This document shows positions 9,808 through 19,845 of a stretch of DNA of 64,000 bases, one piece after another. The position numbers were made by a program, and so were the translations under genes. Source of the DNA: Chloroflexia bacterium (GTDB lineage: Bacteria > Chloroflexota > Chloroflexia > QHBQ01 > JADMIH01). The notes below the pieces were generated by a model, which was not told where the DNA came from, searched no databases, and saw nothing but the letters and a program-made list of their open reading frames with translations. Position 1 is the first letter of the stretch. Each line of letters opens with the position of its first letter. The stretch covers positions 9,371 to 73,370 of the forward strand of contig DAOTTC010000088.1 of NCBI GenBank assembly GCA_034437815.1, in the 5' to 3' direction.

Positions 9808-12561
9808 GTGCCTATGGAAATGCCCTTCAGCATAAGCGAGCCTAAAGCGCTGATCCTCCTGCTTAGCATCCCTCCGGTGGTGGTGGTGGGCTGGCTCAGC
9901 GCACGCGCTCGGCCCCGCGACAGGCTGCGCATTGCCGTGAGCACCGGCCTACGCTCGGCCATCCTGCTGCTGGTGGTGCTGGCGCTGGCCGGCCTTCATC
10001 TAGTCACCTCTGGCGGCCCTCTTAACGTGGTGTTTCTCATAGACGAATCGGCCAGCGTGGCACCGGAGACCAGAGAAGCCGCCTACCAATATGTCAGACA
10101 GGCCATCGCTTCCATGGGGCCAAATGACTGTGCTGGCGTGGTGTTGTTCGGTGAACGGGCAATCGTTGACCGCGCCCTCTCCGCCGACACGCGTTGGCAG
10201 CACAGCGGCAGGCACCCTGCCGAGGTAGCTACCAACCTTGCCGATGCAATGCAGGTGGCCAGTGCTCTGTTCCCGGAGGGTGGGGCGCGCAGGCTCGTGT
10301 TGCTTAGCGACGGCGTGCAGACGGTGGGCAGCGCGGAGGATGTTGCTCGCCGGCTGGGCCTTGTCGGTATACAAATATCGGTGGTGCCGCTGGGCGTCAA
10401 CGCCCACAATGAGGTGGCAGTGGAGCGCGTGCTCAACCCCACCAGTCTGCATGTCGGCGAAGAGTACGATGTGCGTGTGTTGCTGAGGAGCACATCCGAG
10501 CGCGTGGCTGTGGTCAGTCTGTACGATGGAGACCAGCTCGTGGCCCGGCAGGAGGTACAACTCCGTGCCGGGGATAACGTGGTCGAATTCCGCCACAAAG
10601 CCACACAAGAGGGTTTCCGCACCCTGAGCGCCAGCGTTACCTCGGTGGACGACCGCTACGCGCAGAACAATCAGCTTGCCTCATTCGTTATTGTCAAGCC
10701 CCCGCCGAAGGTGTTGCTGGTGGCGGGCACCCCTGCTGATGCCGGCCCGTTGAAGGCGGCGTTGGAAGCCAGTGGCGTGCGGGCCGACGTGGTAGAACCC
10801 ATAGCCATGCCCCACGAACCCGATAATCTGGGTCAGTACGATGCCGTGTTGCTGGTCAACGCCTCTGCCGAGACGGTGGGCATACAGGGCCAGCAGGCCT
10901 TGCAGCACTACGTGCGCGACATGGGGCGTGGGCTGATCATGGTGGGTGGTGAGCTGAGCTATGGCGCGGGTGGATACCTGCGCTCGCCGCTCGAAGAAGT
11001 GCTGCCTGTGAGCATGGACGTGCGCACCAACGAGCAGCGCGCCTCTATAGCTCTCACCTTCGTGGTGGACAAGTCGGGGAGCATGGGCAGATGCCACTGC
11101 GGTGGCTCCCAGCAGTTCAGCCCGACCATGCGCACCGAATTCGGCGTGAGCAAGATCGAGATAGTCAAGCAAGCCATCCGTAAGGCCGTCGCCCTGCTCA
11201 ACTCCTCCGACGAGGTGGGGGTGGTGGCCTACGACGCCGACCCCCACTGGCTGGTGCGCCTAGCCTCGATGGGCACCATAGGCGAGGACGGTTTGAACGC
11301 TCGGCTCCAACCGCTCGTAGCCGAGGGTGAGACCGACATGCATAAAGGTATCAGCGCCGCCACCATCGAGCTTGGCGCCAGCAATGCACGGCTGAAGCAC
11401 ATGATTGTGTTGAGCGATGGTTGGACGCGTCAGAGCGAGTTTACAGACCTGTTGTCCGCGATCAGCGCCAGAGGCATCACCTTGTCCACCATCGGCGTGG
11501 GCGAAGGGCCGGGCGACCTGCTCAAGGAGCTTGCCGAAAAGGGGGGAGGGCGGTACTATCACGCTGAGGACGTGAACGAGCTGCCCGATGTGGTGCTGAA
11601 GGAGACGGTGCGGCTGGTGGGGGCCTATTATGTGGAGCAACCATTCAAGCCTGTCGTAGTCAACAGCAGCCCCATCTTGAATGGGTTGGACCCGAACAAC
11701 CTGCCGCCTCTGCTCGGTTATAACAGCACCACCCCTAAATCCACCGCCGATGTGCTGATCAAGTCGCCGCAGGGCGACCCCATCCTTGCCACATGGCAGT
11801 ACGGTCTGGGACGAGTGGCGGCGTGGACTTCCGACGCCAAAGGCAGATGGGCCGCTGAATGGGTAGGGTGGTCCCGCTTCTCGCAGTTCGCCGGCCAACT
11901 GGTGGGCTGGACCCTGCCGCGCTCTGCCACGCCCGGCATGGAAACCAGTTTTTCCACTCTTGCAGGCTCTCTACCGTCCACTCAGGACGTGCTGGTGAGG
12001 GTGGAGTCTGCGGACAGTACAGGGGCGCCGCGCAATTTCCTGCGATCCAGCGTTGTGATCACCGCTACGAACCAGATCGGCGCAGGGTCCGGGGTGCCCC
12101 CACCAGCGCCAGCAGCCGGTGGGGGTGAGACGTTCCACGCCGCGCTTGTCCAACAGTCCCCGGGGGTGTATGAAGGTGTGGTCAGGGGCTTGGGCGAGGG
12201 GGCATACGAGGTGTATGTACAACAGCTGGACCCTTCCACCGGCAGGGTGGTGGCAGTGGAGCGCACTGGCCTCGTGGTGCCCTATGCGGGTGAATATCGC
12301 CTGCCCACCGGTGTGGAGGTAAGGGCCGAGGCCCTGCTGAGCGACGTGGCGGGGCTGGGTAGGGGCCGGCGGCTGGACATCTCCAACCCTGCGGCGGCTT
12401 TCACACACGACATACCTTCTCAGCCGGTGCGCCTGCCGCTGTGGCCGTGGCTGCTTCTGCTGGCCCTGCTGCTCTTCCCGGTGGACGTAGCTGTGCGCCG
12501 CTTGAGTCTCACCCGTGCCGATCTGATCGAGGTTCTGCGGGCCGGCAGGAAGGCGGCCTGA
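9808..12561 (+). CDS. double vWA domain + glutamine-amidotransferase-like (DUF1355-type) membrane protein
   Basis: MIDAS DESAS and DKSGS; GGELSYGAGGY; WQYGLGRVAAWTSD; C-terminal TM. Confidence 0.88.
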   Translation: MPMEMPFSISEPKALILLLSIPPVVVVGWLSARARPRDRLRIAVSTGLRSAILLLVVLALAGLHLVTSGGPLNVVFLIDESASVAPETREAAYQYVRQAIASMGPNDCAGVVLFGERAIVDRALSADTRWQHSGRHPAEVATNLADAMQVASALFPEGGARRLVLLSDGVQTVGSAEDVARRLGLVGIQISVVPLGVNAHNEVAVERVLNPTSLHVGEEYDVRVLLRSTSERVAVVSLYDGDQLVARQEVQLRAGDNVVEFRHKATQEGFRTLSASVTSVDDRYAQNNQLASFVIVKPPPKVLLVAGTPADAGPLKAALEASGVRADVVEPIAMPHEPDNLGQYDAVLLVNASAETVGIQGQQALQHYVRDMGRGLIMVGGELSYGAGGYLRSPLEEVLPVSMDVRTNEQRASIALTFVVDKSGSMGRCHCGGSQQFSPTMRTEFGVSKIEIVKQAIRKAVALLNSSDEVGVVAYDADPHWLVRLASMGTIGEDGLNARLQPLVAEGETDMHKGISAATIELGASNARLKHMIVLSDGWTRQSEFTDLLSAISARGITLSTIGVGEGPGDLLKELAEKGGGRYYHAEDVNELPDVVLKETVRLVGAYYVEQPFKPVVVNSSPILNGLDPNNLPPLLGYNSTTPKSTADVLIKSPQGDPILATWQYGLGRVAAWTSDAKGRWAAEWVGWSRFSQFAGQLVGWTLPRSATPGMETSFSTLAGSLPSTQDVLVRVESADSTGAPRNFLRSSVVITATNQIGAGSGVPPPAPAAGGGETFHAALVQQSPGVYEGVVRGLGEGAYEVYVQQLDPSTGRVVAVERTGLVVPYAGEYRLPTGVEVRAEALLSDVAGLGRGRRLDISNPAAAFTHDIPSQPVRLPLWPWLLLLALLLFPVDVAVRRLSLTRADLIEVLRAGRKAA

Positions 12562-12620
12562 TGTGGTTTGATGTGGTAGCGAATGGGTGGAGAGGTATGC
12601 CCCTCTTCTCCTCCCAATGC

Positions 12621-12714
12621 ATAGCCTTTCCGAGGGTGCTGGGATGCCCCTTGTCGGGGGTGTGGGGGTGTCCCACACTTCTTCTTATTCTTATCCCTAT
12701 CTATAGCCTTTCTA
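12621..12714 (+). repeat. degenerate copy of dispersed REP/PATE-like element (family I) flanked by ATAGCCTTTC motifs
   Basis: GAGGGTGCTGGGATGCCCCTTGTCGGGGGTGTGGGGGTGTCCCACAC aligns to the copies at 15303, 44932, 45013 and 54563. Confidence 0.6.
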
Positions 12715-12723
12715 GTATGCCTT

Positions 12724-13491
12724 ATGAAGACTATTGACTTCAATTGTGATATGGGCGAGGGCTATGGCCTGTGGAAGCCTGCGTCGGACGAGCAGCTAAT
12801 GCCCTATATCAGCTCGGCCAATGTGGCCTGTGGCGGTCATGCCGGCGACCCCGACACCATGGAGGCCACCGTGCTCCTTGCCATGCGCTATGGCGTGGCT
12901 GTTGGCGCGCACCCATCCTACCCGGACTTGCTTGGCTTCGGGCGCAGGGTCATCCCCTTCACCCCAGATGAAGTGCGGCGCTTCGTGCTATGCCAGATCG
13001 GTGCTCTGTGGGCCGTGTGCCGCGCCAATCGCGCAGACCTCACGCACGTAAAGCCGCACGGTGCTCTGTATAATAGTGCGTCTACAGACCGCGCACTCGC
13101 GGACGCAGTGGTTCAGGCTGTGCACGCGTTTTCCGCCGGGCTTCTGCTGTACTGCCTGCCCGGATCGGAGCTTGAGCACGCAGGTATGGATGCCGGGCTT
13201 GAAGTGGTGCGCGAGGGCTTTGCAGATAGAGCTTATGAACCAAATGGCTTACTTGCTGACCGTCGCTTGACTGATGCCCTGCTCAAATCGCCCGAACAGG
13301 TGGCACAGCAGGCCCTGTCGCTGGCTAACGGGCATGTGACCGCTCGCGATGGCAGTGTACTCAACGTGCAAGTGCGTAGCATCTGCCTGCATAGCGACAC
13401 TCCGTCAGCCGTTGCCTGCGCCCGGCAGGTGCACATGATCCTCAAGGAGCATGGGTTCACAATCGTCTCACCAGCTCATGTACGGGCATAA
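12724..13491 (+). CDS. pxpA: 5-oxoprolinase subunit A (LamB/YcsF family)
   Basis: IDFNCDMGEG, SSANVACGGHAGDP, GAHPSYPD, HVKPHGALYN, SICLHSD. Confidence 0.95.
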   Translation: MKTIDFNCDMGEGYGLWKPASDEQLMPYISSANVACGGHAGDPDTMEATVLLAMRYGVAVGAHPSYPDLLGFGRRVIPFTPDEVRRFVLCQIGALWAVCRANRADLTHVKPHGALYNSASTDRALADAVVQAVHAFSAGLLLYCLPGSELEHAGMDAGLEVVREGFADRAYEPNGLLADRRLTDALLKSPEQVAQQALSLANGHVTARDGSVLNVQVRSICLHSDTPSAVACARQVHMILKEHGFTIVSPAHVRA

Positions 13492-15274
13492 GCACCCCAC
13501 CCCTGTTATCCACCGCATGGGTGAATGCGCCTTGCTTGTGTGGTTCGACAGTGGCATCAGCGTGCCGGTCAATCGTCTGGTACACCGTCTGGCCTCAGCG
13601 ATAAGGCAGGCCTCTTTACGGGCTACGCTCGATGTGGTGCCTGCCTATTCCAGCGTATTGGTGGTTTTCGATCCGGAGCTTCTGCCTGAATCGGAACTGC
13701 GGGCAAGGCTTGAAGAGCTGTATACCCTGTGCCTGCGAACTCCTGCTCAAACCCAAACCCAAGGTTTCCAACAGGCCCCAGAGGGTCAAGAGGGGCGGCA
13801 GGGGCAACTGCATATCATACCCACCGCTTATGGGGGAGAGGCAGGGCCGGACCTGTTCGAGCTGGCGCAGGTGCTTTCCCTTTCCCCGGACGAGTTCATT
13901 CGACTGCACTCTTCCCGCCTGTACAGGGTGTTCTTCTTAGGCTTCCTGCCCGGCTTTGCCTACATGGGCCTGCTGCACCGCGCCCTCGCCTGCGCTCGGC
14001 TGAGCGTACCCCGCGTGCGCGTGCCACCCGGGTCTGTAGGGGTGGCGGGCCGCCAGACGGGCATCTACCCGTTCGCCAGCCCCGGCGGGTGGCGGGTGGT
14101 GGGTCGTGTCTCAGTGCGTGTGTGGGACCCCTATTCGTCCCGGCCCACGCTGTTCAGTCCCGGCGATACGGTGCGCTTTGTGCCCACCGAGGTGCCTCCA
14201 TCTGCCCTGTTCCAGCCCGCAGAGCCTGCACCACCTGCTGACCCACCATCATGGCCTGCGCTTGAGGTGCTTGAGCCCGGTGCGCTCACTACCGTGCAGG
14301 ACGCAGGTAGGCCGGGTCTGGGGCATCTGGGCGTGAGCAGAGGCGGCGCTTTTGATGTGTCTGCGGCCCTGCGGGCCAATGCGCTGGTGGGCAACCCTCC
14401 CAATGCCGCAGTGCTGGAAATCACATGGAGCGGCCCCACCCTGCGTGTGCTGCGCAGCACAGCTATAGCCCTGACCGGAGCCGACCTGCACTGCATGGCT
14501 GGTCACAGTGCGGTGCCGGTGGGCATGTCGTGGTTTGTGCGTGCGGGCACTGTGTTGCGATTTGCGACGAGTACCCCACCGGGCGCCGGGATGCGTGCCT
14601 ATCTGGCGGTGGCCGGAGGTGTGGACGTGCCCGTGGTGCTCCAGTCGCGCTCTACATACCTGCCCGCGGGCTTCGGAGGTTATAGAGGTCGGCCTTTGCA
14701 AGCAGGCGACGTGCTGGGTGTATGCCCCGCCACCGTGCCGCCTGCCGCCGTAGCCGGTCGGTTATGGCCGCAGGTCCGGTCGTCCACACAGCAGACCCGC
14801 CACGTGCCCTCGCAAAATGAAGTATCGCTGCGCTTCGTGCCGTGCGAAGGCCCATGGGCGGTTTCGCGCCGTGTGGTAGACGATTTCATGTCCCGAAGAT
14901 GGGTGGTGGGCGTCAACAGCGACCGCATGGGCACGCGGCTGTCGTGCCCAGAAGGTCCGCCGGACTATATTAGTACCCGGCGGGGCGAGCTCGCGTCCTT
15001 CGGAGTGGTAAGCGGGGCCATCCAACTGCCGCCCGGCGGCAGCCCTCTGTTGCTCAACGTAGACCACCAGACCACAGGCGGGTACCCTCTGCTGGGCGTG
15101 GTGGCTATGGCCGACCGGCCTCTGCTGGCCCAACTGGCTCCCGGCCAAAGCGTTCGCTTTGTGGAAATATCGGTGGAGCAGGCTCGCGCCGCCTTTGCCG
15201 AAGCACGTGCCGAGTTACGTGCCGGCCTGCTCGCGCTTGGGGTCAGCACCGGCGCCCTTCCACCGGGCGTGTGA
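13478..15274 (+). CDS. pxpBC: 5-oxoprolinase subunit B+C fusion (allophanate hydrolase subunit 1+2-like)
   Basis: PxpB motifs GFLPGFAY and GRQTGIYPFASPGGW, then PxpC motifs TTVQDAGR, SDRMG and DHQTTGGYP; ATG at 13478 overlaps the pxpA end. Confidence 0.92.
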   Translation: MYGHKHPTPVIHRMGECALLVWFDSGISVPVNRLVHRLASAIRQASLRATLDVVPAYSSVLVVFDPELLPESELRARLEELYTLCLRTPAQTQTQGFQQAPEGQEGRQGQLHIIPTAYGGEAGPDLFELAQVLSLSPDEFIRLHSSRLYRVFFLGFLPGFAYMGLLHRALACARLSVPRVRVPPGSVGVAGRQTGIYPFASPGGWRVVGRVSVRVWDPYSSRPTLFSPGDTVRFVPTEVPPSALFQPAEPAPPADPPSWPALEVLEPGALTTVQDAGRPGLGHLGVSRGGAFDVSAALRANALVGNPPNAAVLEITWSGPTLRVLRSTAIALTGADLHCMAGHSAVPVGMSWFVRAGTVLRFATSTPPGAGMRAYLAVAGGVDVPVVLQSRSTYLPAGFGGYRGRPLQAGDVLGVCPATVPPAAVAGRLWPQVRSSTQQTRHVPSQNEVSLRFVPCEGPWAVSRRVVDDFMSRRWVVGVNSDRMGTRLSCPEGPPDYISTRRGELASFGVVSGAIQLPPGGSPLLLNVDHQTTGGYPLLGVVAMADRPLLAQLAPGQSVRFVEISVEQARAAFAEARAELRAGLLALGVSTGALPPGV

Positions 15275-15302
15275 TGCCCGTGCCCGTGCTCGCTTTGCTG
15301 TT

Positions 15303-15418
15303 ATACCAATTCTCCATAGAAAGGCTATAAATTGTGAGGAGAGGACAAGTGGGAGACTAGGGGACTGGGGAACACCCCCGTACCCCCGGCAGGGGCGCTC
15401 CCCTGCACCCCCGGTATT
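15303..15418 (-). repeat. dispersed REP/PATE-like element (family I) with 26-nt ATAGCCTTTCTATGGAGAATTGGTAT module
   Basis: Minus strand reads AATACCGGGGGTGCAGGGGAGCGCCCCTGCCGGGGGTACGGGGGTGTTCCCCA...ATTTATAGCCTTTCTATGGAGAATTGGTAT. Confidence 0.8.
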
Positions 15419-15482
15419 GGGGATACTTCCGCGCCCAGAGGGTACCCGTCGGCAGGGGAGCACCCCCACTATAGGGAAGGGA

Positions 15483-15505
15483 TGGGGAGGGCCAAGCCCT
15501 CCCCA
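15483..15505. repeat. hairpin repeat family II
   Basis: TGGGGAGGGC-CAA-GCCCTCCCCA, a 10-bp stem; related copies at 55903 and 59104. Confidence 0.65.
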
Positions 15506-15545
15506 AACTCCTCCTCTATTGCATACAAAGTGCCATGAAGTAGCA

Positions 15546-15848
15546 CTAAGTCTTGCTGTACGAGCCTTTGCTAATCCTGTGGGCGCGCCCACCGGCGCTG
15601 AATTCGAGATTGCGCATGACGCCCACACGGGCACCCACGTCTATCGGACGGCCCCCCTCTGCGCCCTCACTTTCAATGAGGGCAGGCACTGGCACCGGCA
15701 GCGCCTGTCCTGCCCTGCCCGCTTCAGGCAGAGCCTGCACCAACCTGTCGCCCGCTACCGTTATGCTTAAATCGTCGAAAGTGTCGTCCGGGCTTTCAGG
15801 CACCCGCTTGCTTCGCTCCATGCGCCGCTTGCTGTAATATCCGTCCAT
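15546..15848 (-). CDS. hypothetical protein (~100 aa)
   Basis: Strong AGGAGGTG RBS before GTG/ATG at 15851/15848, downstream of the mutase; no recognisable domain. Confidence 0.35.
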   Translation of the reverse strand: MDGYYSKRRMERSKRVPESPDDTFDDLSITVAGDRLVQALPEAGRAGQALPVPVPALIESEGAEGGRPIDVGARVGVMRNLEFSAGGRAHRISKGSYSKT

Positions 15849-15947
15849 CACACGGCACCTCCTGCTATGCTCGAAATGCAATTTGTACTGAGTAAAGGTC
15901 GGACGCCAATCGCCGGTTGTTGGCAATTGCTCATTGCGCATCGCGCA

Positions 15948-17603
15948 TTACTCGAACGTTGCACGCTCTTCGTACACACCAAAAGTCTGGCGAAGCGCAT
16001 CGCTGATCTCGCCCAGCGTGCACTCCTTCTCCACGCATTCGATGATATAGGGCATGAGATTGGCCTCGGTAGCTGCCGCCTGCTTGAGCCGGTCCAGCGC
16101 GGCCTTGACAGCCGAGTTGTCCCGCGATGCACGCAACTGCCTGAGGCGCTCGGCTTGCTCGGCCTGCAATTTGGGGTCTACCCTCAGGATAGCCGGGCGA
16201 GGGGCCGCCTCCATCTGGAAGCGGTTCACTCCTACGATCACCCTCTGCCCTGCCTCCACCTGTCGTTGCCACGCGTAGGCCGCGTCCTGTATCTCCTGAT
16301 GTTGGAACCCGGCCTCGATCGCGGCCAGCGTGCCACCCATGGCGTCAATGCGCTCCAAATAGCGTCGTGCTTCCTGTTCGAGGCGATCGGTCAACCACTC
16401 CACATAATACGAGCCGGCCAATGGGTCAACCGTAGAAGCCACGCCGGTCTCGTAGGCGATGATCTGCTGAGTACGCAGAGCCAGCAGGGCAGAGTGCTCG
16501 GTAGGCAGAGCCAGCGCCTCATCCAGTGCGTTGCAGTGCAGGGACTGCGTGCCCCCCAGCACGGCGGACAGCGCTTGCAGGGCCACCCGCACCACGTTGT
16601 TGTCCGGTTGCTGCGCGGTCAGGGTAGAGCCTGCGGTCTGAGTATGAAAGCGCAGCATCATGGACTGTGGGTTGCGTGCGCCGAATCTTTCTTTGACGAT
16701 TCTGGCCCACAACCGCCGCGCCGCACGGAACTTGGCTATCTCCTCGAAGAAGTCGCTGTGGGCGTTGAAGAAGAAAGCCAGCCGGCGGGCGAAACTATCT
16801 ACCTCTACCCCGCGGCGCAGCACCTCTTCCACGTAGGCGATGGCATTGGCCAGCGTGAACGCGATCTCCTGCACCGCCGTGCAACCGGCCTCTCGCATGT
16901 GGTAGCCGCTTATGGAGATGGGGTTCCAGCGTGGCAGGTGGTCCGCACAATAAGTGATCAGGTCCCCCACCAGCCGCATCGAGGGGCGCACCGGGTAAAT
17001 GTAGGTGCCCCGAGCGATGTACTCTTTGAGGATGTCGTTTTGCACGGTGCCGCTCAGGGCGGCCTCTTGGATCCCGCGCCGGCGGGCTACCACTATATAC
17101 ATGGCCAGAAGGATGGCAGCAGTGGCGTTGATAGTCATAGAGGTGCTCACGCTGTCCAGCGGAATGCCCTCCAGCAAGGTCTCCATGTCGAGTATGGAGT
17201 CAATAGCCACCCCGACCTTGCCCACCTCGCCCTGCGCCATGGGGTGATCGCTGTCATAGCCCATCTGTGTGGGCAGGTCAAAGGCCACCGAAAGCCCGGT
17301 CTGGCCCTGTGCAATCAGGTAGTGAAATCGGCGGTTGGACTCTCGGGCCGTGCCATAGCCAGCGTACTGACGCATAGTCCACAGCCGCCCCCGGTACATA
17401 GTGGGCTGTACGCCCCGCGTGAACGGATACTGACCGGGGTAGCCTAGATCGCGGTCGTAGTCCAATCCGGCGATATCTTCGGGTGTGTACAACCGCTCCA
17501 CCGGCAAGCCCGAAGCAGTGCAAAATTCCTGCTGGCGTTCGGGCATGCGCTCCAGAGCAGGCTTCAATATGTTGTCTTCCCATGCACGACGTTGCTCAGA
17601 CAC
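15948..17603 (-). CDS. mcmA: methylmalonyl-CoA mutase, large (substrate-binding) subunit; no B12-binding domain
   Basis: [24 protein letters not shown] (Tyr specificity residue), [14 protein letters not shown] (Arg), [23 protein letters not shown]. Confidence 0.93.
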   Translation of the reverse strand: MSEQRRAWEDNILKPALERMPERQQEFCTASGLPVERLYTPEDIAGLDYDRDLGYPGQYPFTRGVQPTMYRGRLWTMRQYAGYGTARESNRRFHYLIAQGQTGLSVAFDLPTQMGYDSDHPMAQGEVGKVGVAIDSILDMETLLEGIPLDSVSTSMTINATAAILLAMYIVVARRRGIQEAALSGTVQNDILKEYIARGTYIYPVRPSMRLVGDLITYCADHLPRWNPISISGYHMREAGCTAVQEIAFTLANAIAYVEEVLRRGVEVDSFARRLAFFFNAHSDFFEEIAKFRAARRLWARIVKERFGARNPQSMMLRFHTQTAGSTLTAQQPDNNVVRVALQALSAVLGGTQSLHCNALDEALALPTEHSALLALRTQQIIAYETGVASTVDPLAGSYYVEWLTDRLEQEARRYLERIDAMGGTLAAIEAGFQHQEIQDAAYAWQRQVEAGQRVIVGVNRFQMEAAPRPAILRVDPKLQAEQAERLRQLRASRDNSAVKAALDRLKQAAATEANLMPYIIECVEKECTLGEISDALRQTFGVYEERATFE

Positions 17604-17681
17604 TTGTCAACTCCTGTGCGATCCCTGAATAAAACCCTTATATTTGCACCCCGCGCCGGCTCCTACAACCTCCGGTCACTC

Positions 17682-18227
17682 TCACTCAATAGTGATCAGA
17701 GGCTTTCCGCCCTCGACGACCGTGCCGGCTTCGACGTGCACCTGCGCTACCGTGCCGTCGCGTGGCGCGACAATGTCGTTCTCCATCTTCATGGCCTCTA
17801 ATACCACCAGCCTTTGGCCGGCCGCCACATGGTCGCCTGCCCCCACCACTACGCTTTTTACCAGCCCGGGCATGGGTGCGGCTACCACGAACCTGCCAGC
17901 ATGCGCAGCCTGTCGAGGGGCCACTTTCTGGAGCCGCCACTCGCGCTCGGTGAGCACTTTGAGGTCGAACCTGTAGCGCCACAGGGCTATCCTGTAGCCG
18001 TCGCCCATGCGCTCCACAAACAACTGATAGCTCTTGCCATCCAAGATGAGCGAATACAATCCTTCGCCCGTGTGTGGCGAGATGTGCACCGGCGCGAAAT
18101 CCACCTGATAGCTTTTGTGCTCGTCCGCCTGCTCAACGCGCATCATGCGCACCACGGTGCCCTGTTGAGTGTGCGCGATGTCCACGCTCATCTCATGATC
18201 GTCGAACCGGACGTAATACTTAGCCAC
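17682..18227 (-). CDS. biotin carboxyl carrier protein (acyl-CoA carboxylase)
   Basis: APMPGLV...LEAMKMENDIVAP biotinylation motif; GTG start at 18227 after AAGGAGG. Confidence 0.92.
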   Translation of the reverse strand: MAKYYVRFDDHEMSVDIAHTQQGTVVRMMRVEQADEHKSYQVDFAPVHISPHTGEGLYSLILDGKSYQLFVERMGDGYRIALWRYRFDLKVLTEREWRLQKVAPRQAAHAGRFVVAAPMPGLVKSVVVGAGDHVAAGQRLVVLEAMKMENDIVAPRDGTVAQVHVEAGTVVEGGKPLITIE

Positions 18228-19779
18228 GGAGGGCGGCCCTCCTTGCGGCGAGTCGCCAGTTGCTCTGGGGTTGCCGTCTGCCGTCTTCCGCCTCCACGCT
18301 CCGTCCTGCAATTGCAGCCACGGGTTGCACGGTGGCGCCAGCCTGTCGTTGGCGGTCGGCCACCAGCGCACCAGCGAGGGCCGCCACCTCCGCCAGATGC
18401 TCCCTGTCCTCGGTGACCATCCGGCTCTTGCCCGACAGGAAGCGCTCCACGAAGCGAGTGTCTAGCCTGCCACGCTGGAAGTCCACAGACTGCATCACTC
18501 CAAGATGGAAGGGCACATTGGTTTGCACGCCTACGATGCGGTACTCCTCCAAGGCGCGGCGCATGCGCAGTATGGCATGGGCGCGGGTGGGCGCCCATAC
18601 GATCAACTTAGCGATCATAGGGTCATAATAGATCGAGACCTTGCCACCTCTGTACACACTGCTGTCCACGCGCACCCCCGGCCCTCCCGGCTCTGACACA
18701 TCTGTTATATCGCCCAGCGACGGGGCGAAGTTGTTGAATGGGTCTTCGGCGGCGATGCGGCATTCGATGGCGTGCCCGCGCATGCTCACATCTTCCTGAC
18801 GCAGGCGCAGCGGCCTGCCGGAGGCCACTCGTAATTGCTCCAGCACGAGGTCTACACCAGTGACCATCTCGGTTACTGGGTGCTCAACCTGAAGCCGGGT
18901 GTTCACTTCGAGGAAGTAGAAGTTCCTGTACCTGTCCACCAGAAACTCCACCGTGCCTGCCGAGCTGTAGCCCGAGGCCCGCGCCGCCGCCACAGCCGCC
19001 GCGCCCATGCGCTCGCGCAGTGCCTCGTCCACCGCCACGGAAGGCGCTTCCTCTATCAATTTCTGGTATCGCCTCTGGATGGAGCACTCGCGTTCACCAA
19101 GGTGTATCACGTTGCCGTGTTGATCGGCCAGAACCTGTATCTCGATATGGCGCACCGAGTCCAGATACTTCTCCAGATAGACGGTGCCCGACCCGAAAGC
19201 CGACAGGGCTTCGCTGCTGGCAGTGCGCAGTGCGGCGGCCAGCTCTTCCGGGGTGTGCACTATACGCATGCCCTTGCCCCCGCCGCCCGCCGAAGCTTTG
19301 ATCAGCACGGGATAGCCAATGCGCTCGGCCACCTTAGCGGCCTGCTCCGGGTTGTCTACCGCCACGTCCATGCCCGGCACCACCGGCATGCCCACCGATT
19401 GCAGCGTTCGGCGGGCGGCCAACTTGTCGCCCAGCATGCGCATGGCTTGTGGGGGCGGGCCGATCCACACCAGCCCTTCGTCCAGCACCGCCTGCGCGAA
19501 GTCGGCGTTCTCGGCCAGAAACCCGTATCCGGGGTGCACCGCATCCGCCCCCGACTTGCGAGCCACCTCCAGCAATTTATCTATTCGCAAGTAGGATTGC
19601 GCCGAGGGTGGCGGGCCGATAAGGTAGGCTTCGTCGGCTGCGCGCACGTGCAGTGCCGTGCGGTCGGCCTCTGAATACACCGCCACCGACCGAATGCCCA
19701 CCTCCGCGCATGCCCGCGCGATGCGCAGGGCGATCTCGCCCCTGTTGGCTATCAACACCTTGTTTATCTTCCTGACCAT
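18220..19779 (-). CDS. accC: biotin carboxylase subunit of an acetyl/propionyl-CoA carboxylase
   Basis: KVLIANRGEIA, HPGYGFLAEN, KASAGGGGKGMR, ERECSIQRR, EVNTRLQVEHPVTE, YDPMIAKL. Confidence 0.93.
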   Translation of the reverse strand: MVRKINKVLIANRGEIALRIARACAEVGIRSVAVYSEADRTALHVRAADEAYLIGPPPSAQSYLRIDKLLEVARKSGADAVHPGYGFLAENADFAQAVLDEGLVWIGPPPQAMRMLGDKLAARRTLQSVGMPVVPGMDVAVDNPEQAAKVAERIGYPVLIKASAGGGGKGMRIVHTPEELAAALRTASSEALSAFGSGTVYLEKYLDSVRHIEIQVLADQHGNVIHLGERECSIQRRYQKLIEEAPSVAVDEALRERMGAAAVAAARASGYSSAGTVEFLVDRYRNFYFLEVNTRLQVEHPVTEMVTGVDLVLEQLRVASGRPLRLRQEDVSMRGHAIECRIAAEDPFNNFAPSLGDITDVSEPGGPGVRVDSSVYRGGKVSIYYDPMIAKLIVWAPTRAHAILRMRRALEEYRIVGVQTNVPFHLGVMQSVDFQRGRLDTRFVERFLSGKSRMVTEDREHLAEVAALAGALVADRQRQAGATVQPVAAIAGRSVEAEDGRRQPQSNWRLAARRAALRG

Positions 19780-19845
19780 ATCGTGCCTTTCCCCCCGTGG
19801 GTGCGCGTCTGGCCGGCGCGTCGCACCATGCCGTGCCGGGGTCCG

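Noticed and set aside
15867-17447. 526-aa plus-strand ORF, and similar long antisense ORFs (7932-9230, 20206-20901, 21863-22678, 28326-29333, 60115-61104)
   Set aside because: They lie wholly antisense to well-supported genes. Such shadows are expected from high-GC codon usage, and they contain no motifs.
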